DNA of 63,506 bases, filler included, from Craspedostauros australis (GCA_030167865.1; 10 parts of 10 records of this genome joined end to end with filler, not necessarily neighbours in it), one strand, 5' to 3'; shown: positions 50,701 through 63,250, numbered from the whole stretch's first letter. Program-made: numbers and translations. The notes: generated by a model not told the origin, from the sequence alone.

Positions 50701-51384
50701 AGTTGAGATTCGATAAGGGACAGACTATTACCGAACACGGTATCAACCCGATGGGAGAAATTCCTGTTTTGGCGCGAAATCTTCCGACTTGATCGACCAC
50801 CAAATCTTTTCTCCTCCTTTCTCTCCTCCATTCACGAATCTATCATGACTCAAACCTGACCGACCTGACTCACACCCCACTTGGGAACTATATGCTCTTC
50901 AGATCCTCCTTACTACAATATACCTCGATTCCTTCATGCTGATGACTACCACACTACCACCGTGGTCTCAACATGCGTATCCAACTTGCTTCAACTCAAG
51001 CAATGGAATCCAAGGGTCAGCTTCAGCCACAGCCACTACTTCATGATCGTCATCACTGATTGTCATGACCTACACTGCAGTGTAACTACATGTGCGAAGA
51101 GCAAAGCACTGTATTGATTGTCTATTCTGTTGCACTGAATCAAGTGCATCAGTGCAGGGTCTCGCCAAGTTGTGTGGCATCGTTTCTTCACCCTACTAAC
51201 ACCAACAAGCTAACTCATAATAACAGACAAGGATTAGCTACAAAGCACTCTACTACNCATCGTTACAGTTATAACTCTTCAACCAGTACACCTCTCTTGA
51301 ACTGCATCACACGGCTATCCCGAAGCTGGCAGATTCACGAGGCATTCTCCACCGATTCGCGACGTCAACGCACGAATCCTAACT
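50701..51384 (+). mobile_element. Repeat family A: 684-bp non-coding element with AGTT...AACT termini
   Basis: Ends AGTTGAGATTC / GAATCCTAACT (imperfect 11-bp inverted repeat). 5-bp TSD GAGAT at 50696-50700 and 51385-51389. The empty site is visible at 57208-57220. Confidence 0.9.
50767..50784. promoter_or_regulatory. Overlapping inverted E2F-like site TTTTGGCGCGAAA within family A
   Basis: Matches the TTTSSCGC consensus on both strands. The 18-mer is identical at 44672-44689 and 61773-61790. Confidence 0.45.
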
Positions 51385-51670
51385 GAGATGTACATGTGAG
51401 TATATGTCGAGATGTACGAGTATATGTGCATCGTTCACCCGCTATTCTCTCATACGTACTTGGACGGTACAACTACACTCATGTCAATAGTATACTGTGA
51501 TTCGTCAGAATTACAGGGGAAATGGAACACACAAAAAGGGGCAAGATTTCTGGAGGAAATTTGCAAATAANNNNNNNNNNNNNNNNNNNNNNNNNNNNNN
51601 NNNNNNNNNNNNNNTTAATTAATTAANNNNNNNNNNNNNNNNNNNNNNNNNNNNNNNNNNNNNNNNNNNN

Positions 51671-54568
51671 CCTCCCAGTTTGCTCATTCTACCTCATGGA
51701 GGCCGCACTGCCTGCACTGCTCCACTTGCCCAGCCGTAAACGATCCTGAAGCACGCTATTCTGACCCAGCATCTCCTTGAGCTTGGACCTCCATGTTGCC
51801 CAATACGCTTGCTTGAGCCGCCCAACTGTAGGCACGTTCACTTCACTGGCTTCCACCATCGCTCCATCATCTTCAAGGNNNNNNNNNNNNNNNNNNNNNN
51901 NNNNNNNNNNNNNNNNNNCAGACATCCAGAACAACTTCATTGACCTTCGACACAGATTCACTTGTCGCATTTCCTCCCTGTTGCACAGCTCCGCAATGGC
52001 TTCCATTATCGGGCGATCACCCTGCCTCCTTGGTTGTATCAGATCCTCCACCGTTCGCACTTCCAGCTGTGCTGCAGATGCTTATTTGGCCACACTTGCC
52101 CACCACAACTGTGGAACCACCATTGACCACTTGCTTCCTACCGCCTGGAAGATTTGCATCATACCTGCACTTGTCGCCACAGCCTGGTAGGATGCTCGCA
52201 GGAGCCTCCACCATGCGTTGCTTCATGACCGACTTGATAGGCTTGTCGAGCGCCGCCCCTTTTCGACTGGTGTGCGTTGTGAACGAGTCTGCATTTTTGT
52301 CGTCAAGCGCCAGCAGTCGAAATGACGATCCTTCCACCACTTCGAGTCCTTTGATCTCGACATCCGGAAATTTGTCTGCCACCATCAACATCGATTCGAT
52401 CTGGAGCACCACGTACTTCCCGGTCTCCTTGTCATACTGCACCTGATGCACCTTGGCTTGCTCAGTCAGAGTGAACCAGTTTGCGCTGGTGGCTCCCACT
52501 TCCCATGTGCACCTCGCTGCCAGGGTGTGTACGATCGCCTCTGCCCTCACCAGATGCTCTGGGAGCATGTATGCGTCGGCGATGTCGGTATTCCCATTCC
52601 AGGGCACCTCCTGCTTGTCAACGTGGATAAACACTGGCCTCTTTGTGATCAGATGCACCTGATTGGCAAGGTTCAGTCTCAGTGGTTCCTTGGATCCGTT
52701 GTGTCCAGCTCATCAAGGTCTTCGACCCCTCTGATTCGCATTTCCACCATCCTTCCCATTACCACTTTGTGTTTCTGTAGCATCTTCTTCATGGCTGCCA
52801 CTCCATCTGGGCCCAACGTCATTGCCATTGGATGGGGGATGAANNNNNNNNNNNNNNNNNNNNNNNNNNNNNNNNNNNNNNNNNNNNNNNNNNNNGATTC
52901 TCACATGGAAGCAGCTGTCAGCTTCAAGCCTGAGAGCTTGCCAAGGTTGCACCTTGAAACTCCTCCCCATAGCTTTATGTGCATCTTGCCATTCCTGGCT
53001 GATCATGCCGTCCGCCCTGACTCTTCCCTCAACTTCGCCTTCAACTCCTGCAGCCTTCAGATGCTTGTTGATGATGGCGCATATAGCAGGCCCATTGGAA
53101 AAGTTCCCCATGTAGGTGAGCATTCCAATTTGCTTTGTGTACTCCGCTTCATCCAGCAGTCTCTTGTACAGAGTCTGTCCAGTNNNNNNNNNNNNNNNNN
53201 NNNNNNNNNNNNNNNNNNNNNNNNNNNNNNNNNNNNNNNNNNNNNNNNNNNCAATACGCACTTGTGCCGCCACTGTTCGACCATTCAATGTTGCCTTCAT
53301 CCTGCTCACATACACCATCAGCTCCTTCTCAGTTGTTGGAAATTGGTTGGCTTTGCCGATCACCTCGGTGGTGTCTTGCACCTTCCACACCATGAGAAAG
53401 ATTGTGTCGTCGTGATCCTTGAGCACCCCTAGCCATTTTTAAGTGGCTTCAGATACCTCTTCACTGGATTGCCGCCTGATTTGACCAGTACTGTCATGTC
53501 AAATCTCTTCACTACGATGCCTTTCTTCAGCGTATGCGTGGTCTTGCTCTCCACGGATGCATCACTATCACTGTCTTCATCCGTTTTTGCACTGCTTGTT
53601 CTCCCTTCACTCTTGCATGACTCCTCATCTTTGTCGGACTCCTCACTCTCACTACTTGTGTTGTGCTCCATCGCCTTTGCCAAACGCTGTCCCTCCACCT
53701 CTATCGCGGTTGGTGTGCTGATCATGAATTTGATTTTCTTCTGCTTGAGGTTTCTTGGTTGGACGATGTCGCTATCTCTCGTCTTTCCCTTCTTTCCGCT
53801 CCCTTCTGCGGTTGTGCTCATCATGCTGCTTTCGGTTTCCCCCATTACTGCATCTTTGCCTTGGGGAACGAATGTGATGTCTGGGTACCGCGACCCCAAC
53901 ACATTCACAGCTGCTCTCCGCGCAATGGTGATCTCAGTCTTCCTCAGGAGCCCTCCTGAATTGGGAATCATCATGTCTTTCAGCANCATGTTTGGATCTG
54001 TCATGCTCAAGTCAGCAGCAAGTTGTTGGATCTGCTGTCGTCATTCGTCTGTTTTGGGCACTTGCGCTACACCGAATTTTTTTCTTCCATCGATGACCAT
54101 GCTGATGAACACCTGCACTCCCTGCACCGGGATGGTGTGTCCTGTTTTTGCAGTTGCCTTCCCGGTCCACCCTTATTGTTGATTCATCATCCTTTTCACC
54201 AGGATATGGATTGACCTGCCTTCCTCTGCCATCACTTCACAGTAGGAGAATGAAACAGCTACCTTGTGGATTTCTCCTGGCAGAGATTTCCACACACTTG
54301 TCGTTGTCTTACGTGCAATGGAGACTCCTGCCTCGTTTTCTCCTTCCACAAGTGTCAGCATCTTATCCCGTTTCTTGCTCCCAGCCTTCCTTGGCATGGT
54401 CTTGACAGCCCTTGTTTGTGACTGTTCTCCTCCACGTATGCTGTTGGCAGTCTCCTTATGATTTACCATAGCTTTGCCTGCCATTGTCGCTGCTGTTGGC
54501 CTCACTTCTGTATCTTTTCTACAGTTGACACCCGTTGACGTCGGTGCTGTTTCGGTGTTTGCATTCAT
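51671..54568 (-). mobile_element. Degenerate, internally deleted non-LTR retrotransposon (Ambal-like LINE): ORF1 remnants joined to the post-RT region
   Basis: 51689-52190 reads PQLWWASV...QPRRQGDRPIME...RQVNLCRRSMKLFWMSD, resembling the R-x-x-D-x-x-(I/L)M...IN.CR.YL....LSD post-RT segment of diatom LINEs. Upstream is a long stop-interrupted frame from ATG 54568. No APE or RT motifs present. Confidence 0.55.
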
Positions 54569-56110
54569 TTTGTAGAATACTATCTTTNCATGTTTCTACT
54601 GTGTTTGTTTTCCTGGTCCCTGGTGTTATGCTCCATAACACAATACTGTATTATTATATGATACTATATGATATAATATTATGCTGTGTCATATTCGCAA
54701 GTGTTGCTATTGCCGTGAACGTGGAAGTGGATGTGTAGGGATGCCACCACCAACACCGTGCTGTTTGACATCCCACGCACAAAGGAGGTAACGCACACCA
54801 GAGCCAAACCATCAACAACGCAAGGAATGAACGTGACACCGAACCTTTCACAACATCGCCATCGAGGCCGCTGGATACCATCTCAGTCTGGCATCGACCG
54901 TCGATGACGTCACCATTTTCGTCCACGGTGAGGACAAGCCAGCCATGTATTTGTGTCGTAGAAGCTAGCTAAATATATCTAACCCTAATGGACAACACGA
55001 AAAATTGATATCTAAAAATATCACGTTTCAGTATCTCAAATCCGCAGAATAATACTCGACTTCGCTGAATGGGGCCGTATTGCCGCAGCGCCAAGAAGAA
55101 TTGTTATTCTATGCGTCGCTGCTGTCAAATCAATACAATTACCCTAAACTCAATCCACAATATGGCGTCCAGATGGTCAGCACATCGTTGTTCTTCGTCT
55201 TTGATCCACAACAACTCTGGAGACGATAATGCACCATGGAACTGATCGTCATACCTATCTCATGAGGGTAACAATGCTGACAATCCTCGCGCTCCAAGTC
55301 TGCCTGCGCCGCTGNNNNNNNNNNNNNNNNNNNNNNNNNNNNNNNNNNNNNNNNNNNNNNNNNNAACGGCCCCAGCAGACAACGGAGAATGATGACGATC
55401 AGCGAGAGCGAGTGATGATACCAAATCCATGGGCGCAAAAAAAAAAAAGACACACGATGGTATCGATGTCTTCGCGTGGAGCAAAATTGTCATCGTATTG
55501 CCGCAGCGCCAAGAAGAATTGTTATTCTATGCCTCGCTGCTGTCAAATCAATACAATTACCCTAAACTCAATCCACAATATGGCGTCCAGATGGTCAGCA
55601 CATCGTTGTTCTTCGTCTTTGATCCACAACAACTCTGGAGACGATAANNNNNNNNNNNNNNNNNNNNNNNNNNNNNNNNNNNNNNNTAACAATGCTGACA
55701 ATCCTCGCGCTCCAAGTCTGCCTGCGCCGCTGACCACCAAGCGCGCCTTGTGGATGCAACACCATCGTTGACGGTTGGATTTGACGGTGGAATGTTGATT
55801 CTGCGGAAGTCAACCGATCCATCACAAGATCTAACCTGATCAGCCTCCGACGTGCAAATAATACAAATGTGGGCATGTACGATAAAAACAGATGTATTAC
55901 ATGATCTCCTGCTGTACTCTCCTTCTTGTGTTCAGNNNNNNNNNNNNNNNNNNNNNNNNNNNNNNNNNNNNNNNNNNNNTTAATTAATTAANNNNNNNNN
56001 NNNNNNNNNNNNNNNNNNNNNNNNNNNNNNNNNNNACGGAAAAGGTAAGAAAAGTGGAGATTTCTGATTGGTCGACGGGTGTCGCTATTGTTAGAGATTT
56101 AGCGTGCGCT

Positions 56111-56494
56111 AATAGAATCCAAGAGTGAACTCCAGCCACAGCCATTGCTTCATGACTGCCATCATTGAGTGTCATGACCTACACTGCAGTGTGTTTACAT
56201 GTGAGGAGAGCAAGGAACCGCAATAATTGCCTACCCTCAAGCACTGAACCAAGTACATCAGTGCAGGGCCCTATCAAGCTGTGTGACATTGTTTCTTCAT
56301 CCCACCAACACTACAAGCTAACTCATAATAAACAGACAAAGATTAGCTTCAAAGCACTCATCTACCCATTGTTACAGTAACACATCTTCAATCCAGTACA
56401 CCTCTCTTGAACTGCATCACATGGCTATCTCGAAACTGGCAGATTCACGAGGCATCCTCCACCGATTCATGTTGACTAAGCCAAAATCCTAACT
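56111..56494 (+). mobile_element. 5'-truncated copy of family A
   Basis: Collinear with ~51002-51384, ending AATCCTAACT. Confidence 0.85.
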
Positions 56495-57207
56495 GCAATT
56501 GTGTTTTCAGATTGCCCACAATACATTTCCGCAACACAGCATACAAACTTCAAATACCGTCGATTGCATTCGCACTCCCACGACCAGTGTCGCAAACACA
56601 CACTTCGAAATGGATTGGCAAACGCACGCTTCTGCAACCAAAACACATGCGAAAATCAGCTCTGATCTGAACCAGGTGGAATGAAGACGTCAATCCGAAC
56701 GCCTGTCCAACCACACGCGACTTTGGCGATTCTACACACCACGGAACATGTGACATCGCTCTGTACTTAACGAAACAAGCATGACGTCATCGCGGTCTCG
56801 ACTCCCATTAACGTCCGTAACGTTGAAATGAGCACGAATGATTGTTCTCTACCAAGCTTCCCACCAAGCAAAACACAAAGAAAGCGAAAATCAGATAGAA
56901 ATGGGTTCCACGTGTCGTGACATGAGCCCCCCACAAATCAAAGTCTGTCCGCATGCACCGTATTTTGCCTCTAAAACAGTAAATTGCCACCCTCATAACT
57001 TATAACAAAGGCCGGGACTCACCATCCAACACCTGCATCATGTTGCCAGCATGATAAAGTATATAAATGTAGGTTGTGTTTTCTATGAGTGGCCGTACGA
57101 GCTTGGGCCAAAATGCATTCTGGATGGACCGCACCGCTTTTCGCTCACGGGTCATAATCCTTGTGATACAACAACAACAACAACAACAGAACCCGAACAC
57201 CATTCGC

Positions 57208-57963
57208 TGTCGAGATGTACATGTGAGTATATGTCGAGATGTACGTATATATGTGCATCGTTCACCTGCTATTCTCTCATACGCACTTGGACGGTATAAC
57301 TACATTCGTGTCGATAGTATACTGTGATTCGNNNNNNNNNNNNNNNNNNNNNNNNNNNNNNNNNNNNNNNNNNNNNNNNNNNNNNNNNNNNNNNNNNNNN
57401 NNNNNNNNNNNNNNNNNNNNNNNNNNNNNNNNNNNNNNNNNNNNNNNNNNNNNNNNNNNNNNNNNNNNNNNNNNNNNNNNNNNNNNCGTGACATCTGGAG
57501 AGCAGAAGGACGCCTACTGACGTCAACAGGATGTCAACATGTCACCACGTCGACATCTGTCTCCAAGTCACAGCAGGAGGCGAAGATCCGATGACCCATG
57601 AAGATGATGGATACTGAAGGTGAACTTCAAATGGTAAGTACTCATGGAGTAGGAACCAGTACTGAATGAACGGAGTGTCGAATGCGGAGTACGCATCGAA
57701 CACGGAGTATCGTGTAGCACGAGCACACGATGTTGAGAGAGAGAAAGAGAGAATACAGAGAGGAGCGAGAGAGCATCTCGCGTACTGACTCATAGTCGGA
57801 GACCGAATCTACGAAACAGATTGAAGCGCCGAGAGCATCGGACAAGAGAACGGGCGCACACCGAGAGGATCGGAGTAGCCAAGTAATGAAATAGCAAACA
57901 GACGACTATCAACCAACACCATCTTCCACGATCGTAGGTTACCGTGAGCGGAACTTGCCAACA
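57208..57963 (+). mobile_element. Solo LTR, family B
   Basis: TGTCG...CAACA termini flanked by direct repeat ATTCGC (57202-57207 and 57964-57969). Both ends recur elsewhere (50692, 15209). Contains an N-gap. Confidence 0.8.
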
Positions 57964-58787
57964 ATTCGCATCATCAAGACTCATCCGACTATTCTCTCAA
58001 ATCAAGTCGAATCACGTTTCAGTCATGGTAGATGCTACCTATTTTCGATCTAGATGTTGATATCAACGAATCAGTTGTATGCGTGTACTCTTGTGCATGT
58101 TGTGGTCGGTCCGGATCTTGTGTGATACAACCTTTGTTCTCGTGACTGCACGAACATCAACACACACGCGCGCACACACAAAGTTGGGTTTGTCAGGCTT
58201 TGTGTTTTGTGGTGCCAGCAGAGTGTCCTTTTTCTTGTGCATGGATTCAATGTCATCATTCCGGACCGACTAGTGAAAGCCGTTCTGTGTCGAAATCTGT
58301 CAAGTGTGAAATTGAAAGTAGTAGTTGTTTCTGTGTATGTGCCTGTGTATGTGATTTGTTGGTAGTGATTAAGCTGTCATATTCATGGTTGCAAGCATTT
58401 TCCAAAGTCAAGAGGACACAGAAATATGCATAAAGTGGTGTGTTCATGCTGAATGCCAAAGTGTTCGGAAGGACGATGTTGGTCTTGCAAAAGCTGGTCT
58501 TCGAGGTCAACAACATTGGTGTGGCCTCTTATGCATCATGTATATCTTGGTTTCTTTTCTGTTTGGTGGTTTCACATGTTGGTAAAATGGGAAGAAGATG
58601 CAAAATGTATCATTTGCCTGCCAGTCATAGAACACAATCAAGATTGGAGTCTTTCCAGGAAACTTGGCCAGGGAACTGGATCATACGNNNNNNNNNNNNN
58701 NNNNNNNNNNNNNNNNNNNNNNNNNNNNNNNTTAATTAATTAANNNNNNNNNNNNNNNNNNNNNNNNNNNNNNNNNNNNNNNNNNNN

Positions 58788-60730
58788 CCATTGCCTGGCG
58801 CTCTGCACAAGTCCGTAGATTGGCTTGTGTAGGGTCAGGGCTTCGTCTGGTTGATGATCCATTCCGTTGGGGCAGTTCATGTAGATCTCCTCGTCGAGGT
58901 CTCCTTGTAGGAATGCTGTTACGACATCGACGAGTGGGCAGTCCATCTTCTTGATTAGCATGATCACCATCATGACCCGATAGGTCACGTCATGGATGAC
59001 AGGTGAGTAATGCTCTTGGAAGTCTACTCCTGCGACTTGTGAATAGCCACATGCAACGAGNNNNNNNNNNNNNNNNNNNNNNNNNNNNNNNTTGAAGACC
59101 CATTTGCACTTGCAGCATCTGCGGCCGCGTGGGATGGCGTCTCGTTTGATCTTGCTGTACACCTTGCGTGTATCCATGGAGTCGAACTCCTTCTTGATGG
59201 TTGCTCGATATCCCTTCCGATGGATAGGATCTGGGTGATTGAAGGCTCCGTCGAACGTTGTAGGTTCGATGTGCTTCTCTGATTCCTTGTTCTCGTCCTG
59301 CATCGACAATCCGATGTCGATCGCTGGTCTCTCGGTGATGATTGCATTCATCCCGTATAATCCAGTNNNNNNNNNNNNNNNNNNNNNNNNNNNNNNNNNN
59401 NNNNNNNNNNNNNNNNACATGCAACGAGTCGCGTTCGATGTGTGCCGTCACGCTTCAGCTTGAAGACCCATTTGCACTTGCAGCATCTGCGGCCGCGTGG
59501 TATGGCGTCTCGTTTGATCTTGCTGTAAACCTTGCGTGTATCCATGGAGTCGAACTCCTTCTTGATGGCTGCTCGATATCCCTTCCAATGGATAGGATCT
59601 GGGTGATTGAAGGCTCCATCGAATGTTGTAGGTTCGATGTGCTTCTCTTGTTCCTTGTTCTCGTCCTGCATCGACAATCCGATGTCGATCGCTGGTCTCG
59701 CGGTGATGATTGCATTCATCCCGTATAATCCAGTTGCGCTATGGTGAATGACCTCGATCTCTTCATCTTCGTCTTCGATTTCTTCGTCATCTGTAGTCTC
59801 GTTGTTGGAATCGTCGATCATCTCGTCGCTGAGTTCGTCACTCGCCTCATTGGATGATGGATCACTCTCATAGCCTTCTTCCTTTCAACCTCGTTCGTTG
59901 AAGTCTGCGAGCTCACGCAGAGCTCTGGGAATACTCTTCCCTGCAGTTGACTTGGGATTAGCTTCTCCCTTCCTGCCTCGTGCTTCGTGACGTCGGATCC
60001 TCTCCNNNNNNNNNNNNNNNNNNNNNNNNNNNNNNNNNGGTGGAGGTCTGGATGGTGTGTCATGTGTAGACCTCGCTGGTGTGTTCGGAGGAGTGACGCC
60101 TGTGTCATCGTCGGCTTCGTCGCCGGATGGTAGGATCTCATTATCTTCATGATTGGATTCACTCCGATCTTCCTCGTCATTCTGAATTAGTTGAGTTACT
60201 GTTCCATCGTCCTTGTCATCTGCATCATCACTGTCTGATAGGATGAGATACCTATTGCTGTCAGCGAAAGATACTCTCTTCGCTTCCGATGTTTGACGTC
60301 TTGCCGTCCTGGGCGTTGCTCCCTTCCGTCCGATGATTGTGAAGCCGTCTGCGTCCGTGGTTCCTGTTTCGTTGGATATGTTCGGTGCTGGTGCCCAGCC
60401 ACGGAACTGTCCGTATGATTGATTGAGCCACTTGATGTCCCGTGAACAGATGAGTGACTTGGTCGATGGTCTGTACATGTTGTAGACCCCTGATGCGTGT
60501 TGGTGTGCATATCCAATGAACACCATCTCTTCTCCTCTATTCTTGAGCTTGGCGGTAATCCCGCCATAGGTAGTCTTCACAACACCCACCTCTCCAAATG
60601 TGCGGAGTGCATCCGCATATGGTGGATCGTTGCCGAAGAACTGTCGATGTGGTGACTCCTTCTGGTTCTTCGCTACAGTGATGTTGGCGATGGCGGTGGC
60701 AGTGCTAGCAGCCGCTACCCACAGGCCATG
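58788..60730 (-). mobile_element. Ty1/Copia pol fragment: integrase C-terminus, linker and RT
   Basis: GLWVAAASTAT...LRTFGEVG...KLKNRGEEMVFIGYA...SRDIKW; EPTTFDGA...IKKEFDSM...KWVFKLK...RLVACGYSQVAGVDF...DVVTAFLQGDLDEEIYM...KPIYGLVQSARQW. Redundant pieces across gaps. Confidence 0.92.
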
Positions 60731-60814
60731 AGTTAGGATTCGGGCGTAGACGTCGCGAATCGGTGGAGAATGCCTCGTGAATCTGCCGGCTTCGAGATAG
60801 CCGTGTGATGCAGT
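60731..60814 (-). mobile_element. Terminus of a family A copy inserted in Copia integrase
   Basis: AGTTAGGATTCGGGCG... is identical to 61163 onward but abuts a different Copia sequence (flank CCATG). Runs into a gap. Confidence 0.8.
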
Positions 60815-60864
60815 NNNNNNNNNNNNNNNNNNNNNNNNNNNNNNNNNNNNNNNNNNNNNNNNNN

Positions 60865-63250
60865 GATGGTCTCCGATCGTCGCTCCCAAGTTGTTCTCGT
60901 AGCTCGGGTGTTCATACCCGACGTAGAGTCGTCATCTTCCAGATCTATTAGCATAGACCTGTTGGCATTCTCGATACCTCTGAATTGCCCGTATGACTGA
61001 TTCATCCATGTCACGTCTCTCGTGATCAGGATTTTGGTTGTAGCGAGATTCAGCATTCGATATACTCCTTTCGCGTGCGATTGGCCGTAGCCGACGAACA
61101 TGGCTGGTCTGGATCTATCGTCCAGCTTAGCCTTTATTGTACGACCGCCAACGTATACCATCAGTTAGGATTCGGGCGTAGACGTCGCGAATCGGTGGAG
61201 AATGCCTCGTGAATCTGCCGGCTTCGAGATAGCCGTGTGATGCAGTTCAAGAGAGGTGTGCCGTTTGAAGAGTTATAACTGTAACGATGAGTAGAAGAGT
61301 GCTTTGTAGCTAATCTTTGTCTGTGATTATTATGAGTTAGCTTGTGGTGTTTATAGGGTGAAGAAACGATGTCACACAACTTGGCGAGACCCTGCACTGA
61401 TGTACTTGGTTCAGTGCTACAGGGTATACAGTCATTACAGCGCCTTGCTCTCCACACACGTAGATACACTGCAGTGTAGATCATGGCACATGGCAGTGAC
61501 GACCATGAGGCAGTGGCTGTGGTTGGAGCTGGCTCTCGGATTCCATTGCTTGAGTTGAAGCAGGTTGGATACACGCGTTAAGACTACGGCATTGGTGCAG
61601 TAGTCATCAGCATGGAGGGAATCGAGGTATGTTGTAGAAAAAGGATCTGAGGAGCATATAGTTCCCAAGGTGGAATGTGAGTCAGGTCGGTCATGGTTGA
61701 GTCATGATGGATTCGTGAATGGNNNNNNNNNNNNNNNNNNNNNNNNNNNNNNNNNNNNNNNNNNNNNNNNNNGAAGATTTCGCGCCAAAACAAGAATTTC
61801 TCCCATCAGTTGATACCGTGTTCGGTATTAGTCTGTCCCTCATTGAATCTCAACTCCATCCCTATTTCTCCGAATTTTCGTAATCCATCCACGAATGTTG
61901 GGATCCGGTTGTTGAAGAGAACACATGCTGGTTCTCTTGTNNNNNNNNNNNNNNNNNNNNNNNNNNNNNNNNNNNNNNNNNNNNNNNNNNNNNNNNNNNN
62001 NNNNNNNNNNNNNNNNNNNNNNNNNNNNNNNNNNNNNNNNNNNNNNNNNNNNNNNNNNNNNNNNGCGAATTTTCTTTCCACGCGACCGTTCTGTTGGGGA
62101 GTGGAAGCGGCGGTGTATTCAAACGTTGGGCCGAATCCTGCGCTGAGAAGCTGTTTTTCCGCAGCATAATTCTCTCCCGCGTTGTCACATCTGATATTTT
62201 TCACATGTGCCTGTTGGTTGGAGTGAAGCCATCGGAGGAGCATGATCAGCTTTTCTCCGACTTCACTTTTCTCTTTCAAAAAGTAGCTCCAGCAGTAATC
62301 ACTGTAATCATCGATGACAAGGAGCCANNNNNNNNNNNNNNNNNNNNNNNNNNNNNNNNNNNNNNNNNNNNNNNNNNNNNNNNNNNNNNNNNNNNNNNNN
62401 NNNNNNNNNTGCAGGCGTTTTGTCATTGACTTCTGCTTCTGTTTTCCAATTGCGCAGTCAATGCATGCATGCAACTTGCCTGTGACATTCCAACTGTATC
62501 GTCCCGCTGTGCGAGAGATCGTGTAAGTGTCAACATGGCCTAACATTTTATGAATTTGGTTGATGCCCACCGCGGACCCGGTGGACACGCCGACATTGGC
62601 TTGGTCTTCGTGGGGAGGGGCGCTGATCATGTTCACTCCACTCACGAAACNNNNNNNNNNNNNNNNNNNNNNNNNNNNNNNNNNNNNNNNNNNNNNNNNN
62701 TCGATGACAAGGAGCCAATATTTTCCTTGTCCGTAGCTGTGCGTTTGAACGCTCGATGTGTCAATGAACAACCGCTCACCAATTCCCTTTGCTCGGCGCT
62801 GCAGGCGTTTTGTCATTGACTTCTGCTTCTGTTTTCCAATTGCGCAGTCAATGCATGCATGCAACTTGCCTGTGACATTCCAACNGTATCGTCCCGCTGT
62901 GCGAGAGATCGTGTAAGTGTCAACATGGCCTAACATTTTATGAATTTGGTTGATGNCCACCGCGGACCNGGTGGACACGCCGACATTGGCTTGGTCTTCG
63001 TGGGGAGGGGCGCTGATCATGTTCACTCCACTCACGAAACCGCTATGGGTTGCCATGAGTCTGTCGAACGTGATGTGTTGCCCGCGCTTCTCCAAGCTCA
63101 TCACGACACCTTGGTTGCTGATGTCGAAGCCGTTCTCAAGAGCTTTGTTGATGCTCAAGAGGTTCACCCACAGGTTGGGCACGAACTTCACTTGCTTGAG
63201 CACGATGGTAGCTTGGTTCCCATTCTTCTGCATCACGACCATGCATTTAT
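60865..63250 (-). mobile_element. Second Ty1/Copia pol fragment: protease end, GAG-pre-integrase zinc finger, integrase; split by family A
   Basis: VKFVPNLWVNLLSI, HKMLGH...CIDCAIGK, LFIDTSS, LVIDDYSDYCW, IRCDNAGE, TPQQNGRVERKF. FGEIG|MVYVGGRTIKAKLDDR is rejoined when 61163-61855 and one TSD copy are removed. Confidence 0.92.
61163..61855 (-). mobile_element. Full-length family A element in Copia integrase
   Basis: Reverse-complement copy of 50701-51384. 5-bp TSD CCATC at 61158-61162 and 61856-61860. Confidence 0.92.

Larger units (their letters stand above)
50692..51570 (+). mobile_element. LTR family B (5' part) inserted in Copia RT, itself interrupted by family A
   Basis: TGTCGAGAT (50692-50700) plus 51390 onward reconstitutes the sequence found uninterrupted from 57208. 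Confidence 0.8.

Noticed and set aside
50692..50831. N-terminal extension of the 402-aa Copia ORF (MEERKEEKRF...)
   Set aside because: Chance read-through into LTR B and family A sequence. Copia homology stops at 50691.
58250..58687. Possible decayed LINE 3' end (KQKRNQDIH-like motif)
   Set aside because: Single short motif amid many stops; too weak to call.
15091..58787. Recurrent TTAATTAATTAA palindrome, and apparent co-location of STAND, LRR, PDE and TE genes as one island
   Set aside because: The 12-mer is an artificial linker inside Ns. Features on different scaffolds are not physically linked, so no cross-scaffold system can be inferred.
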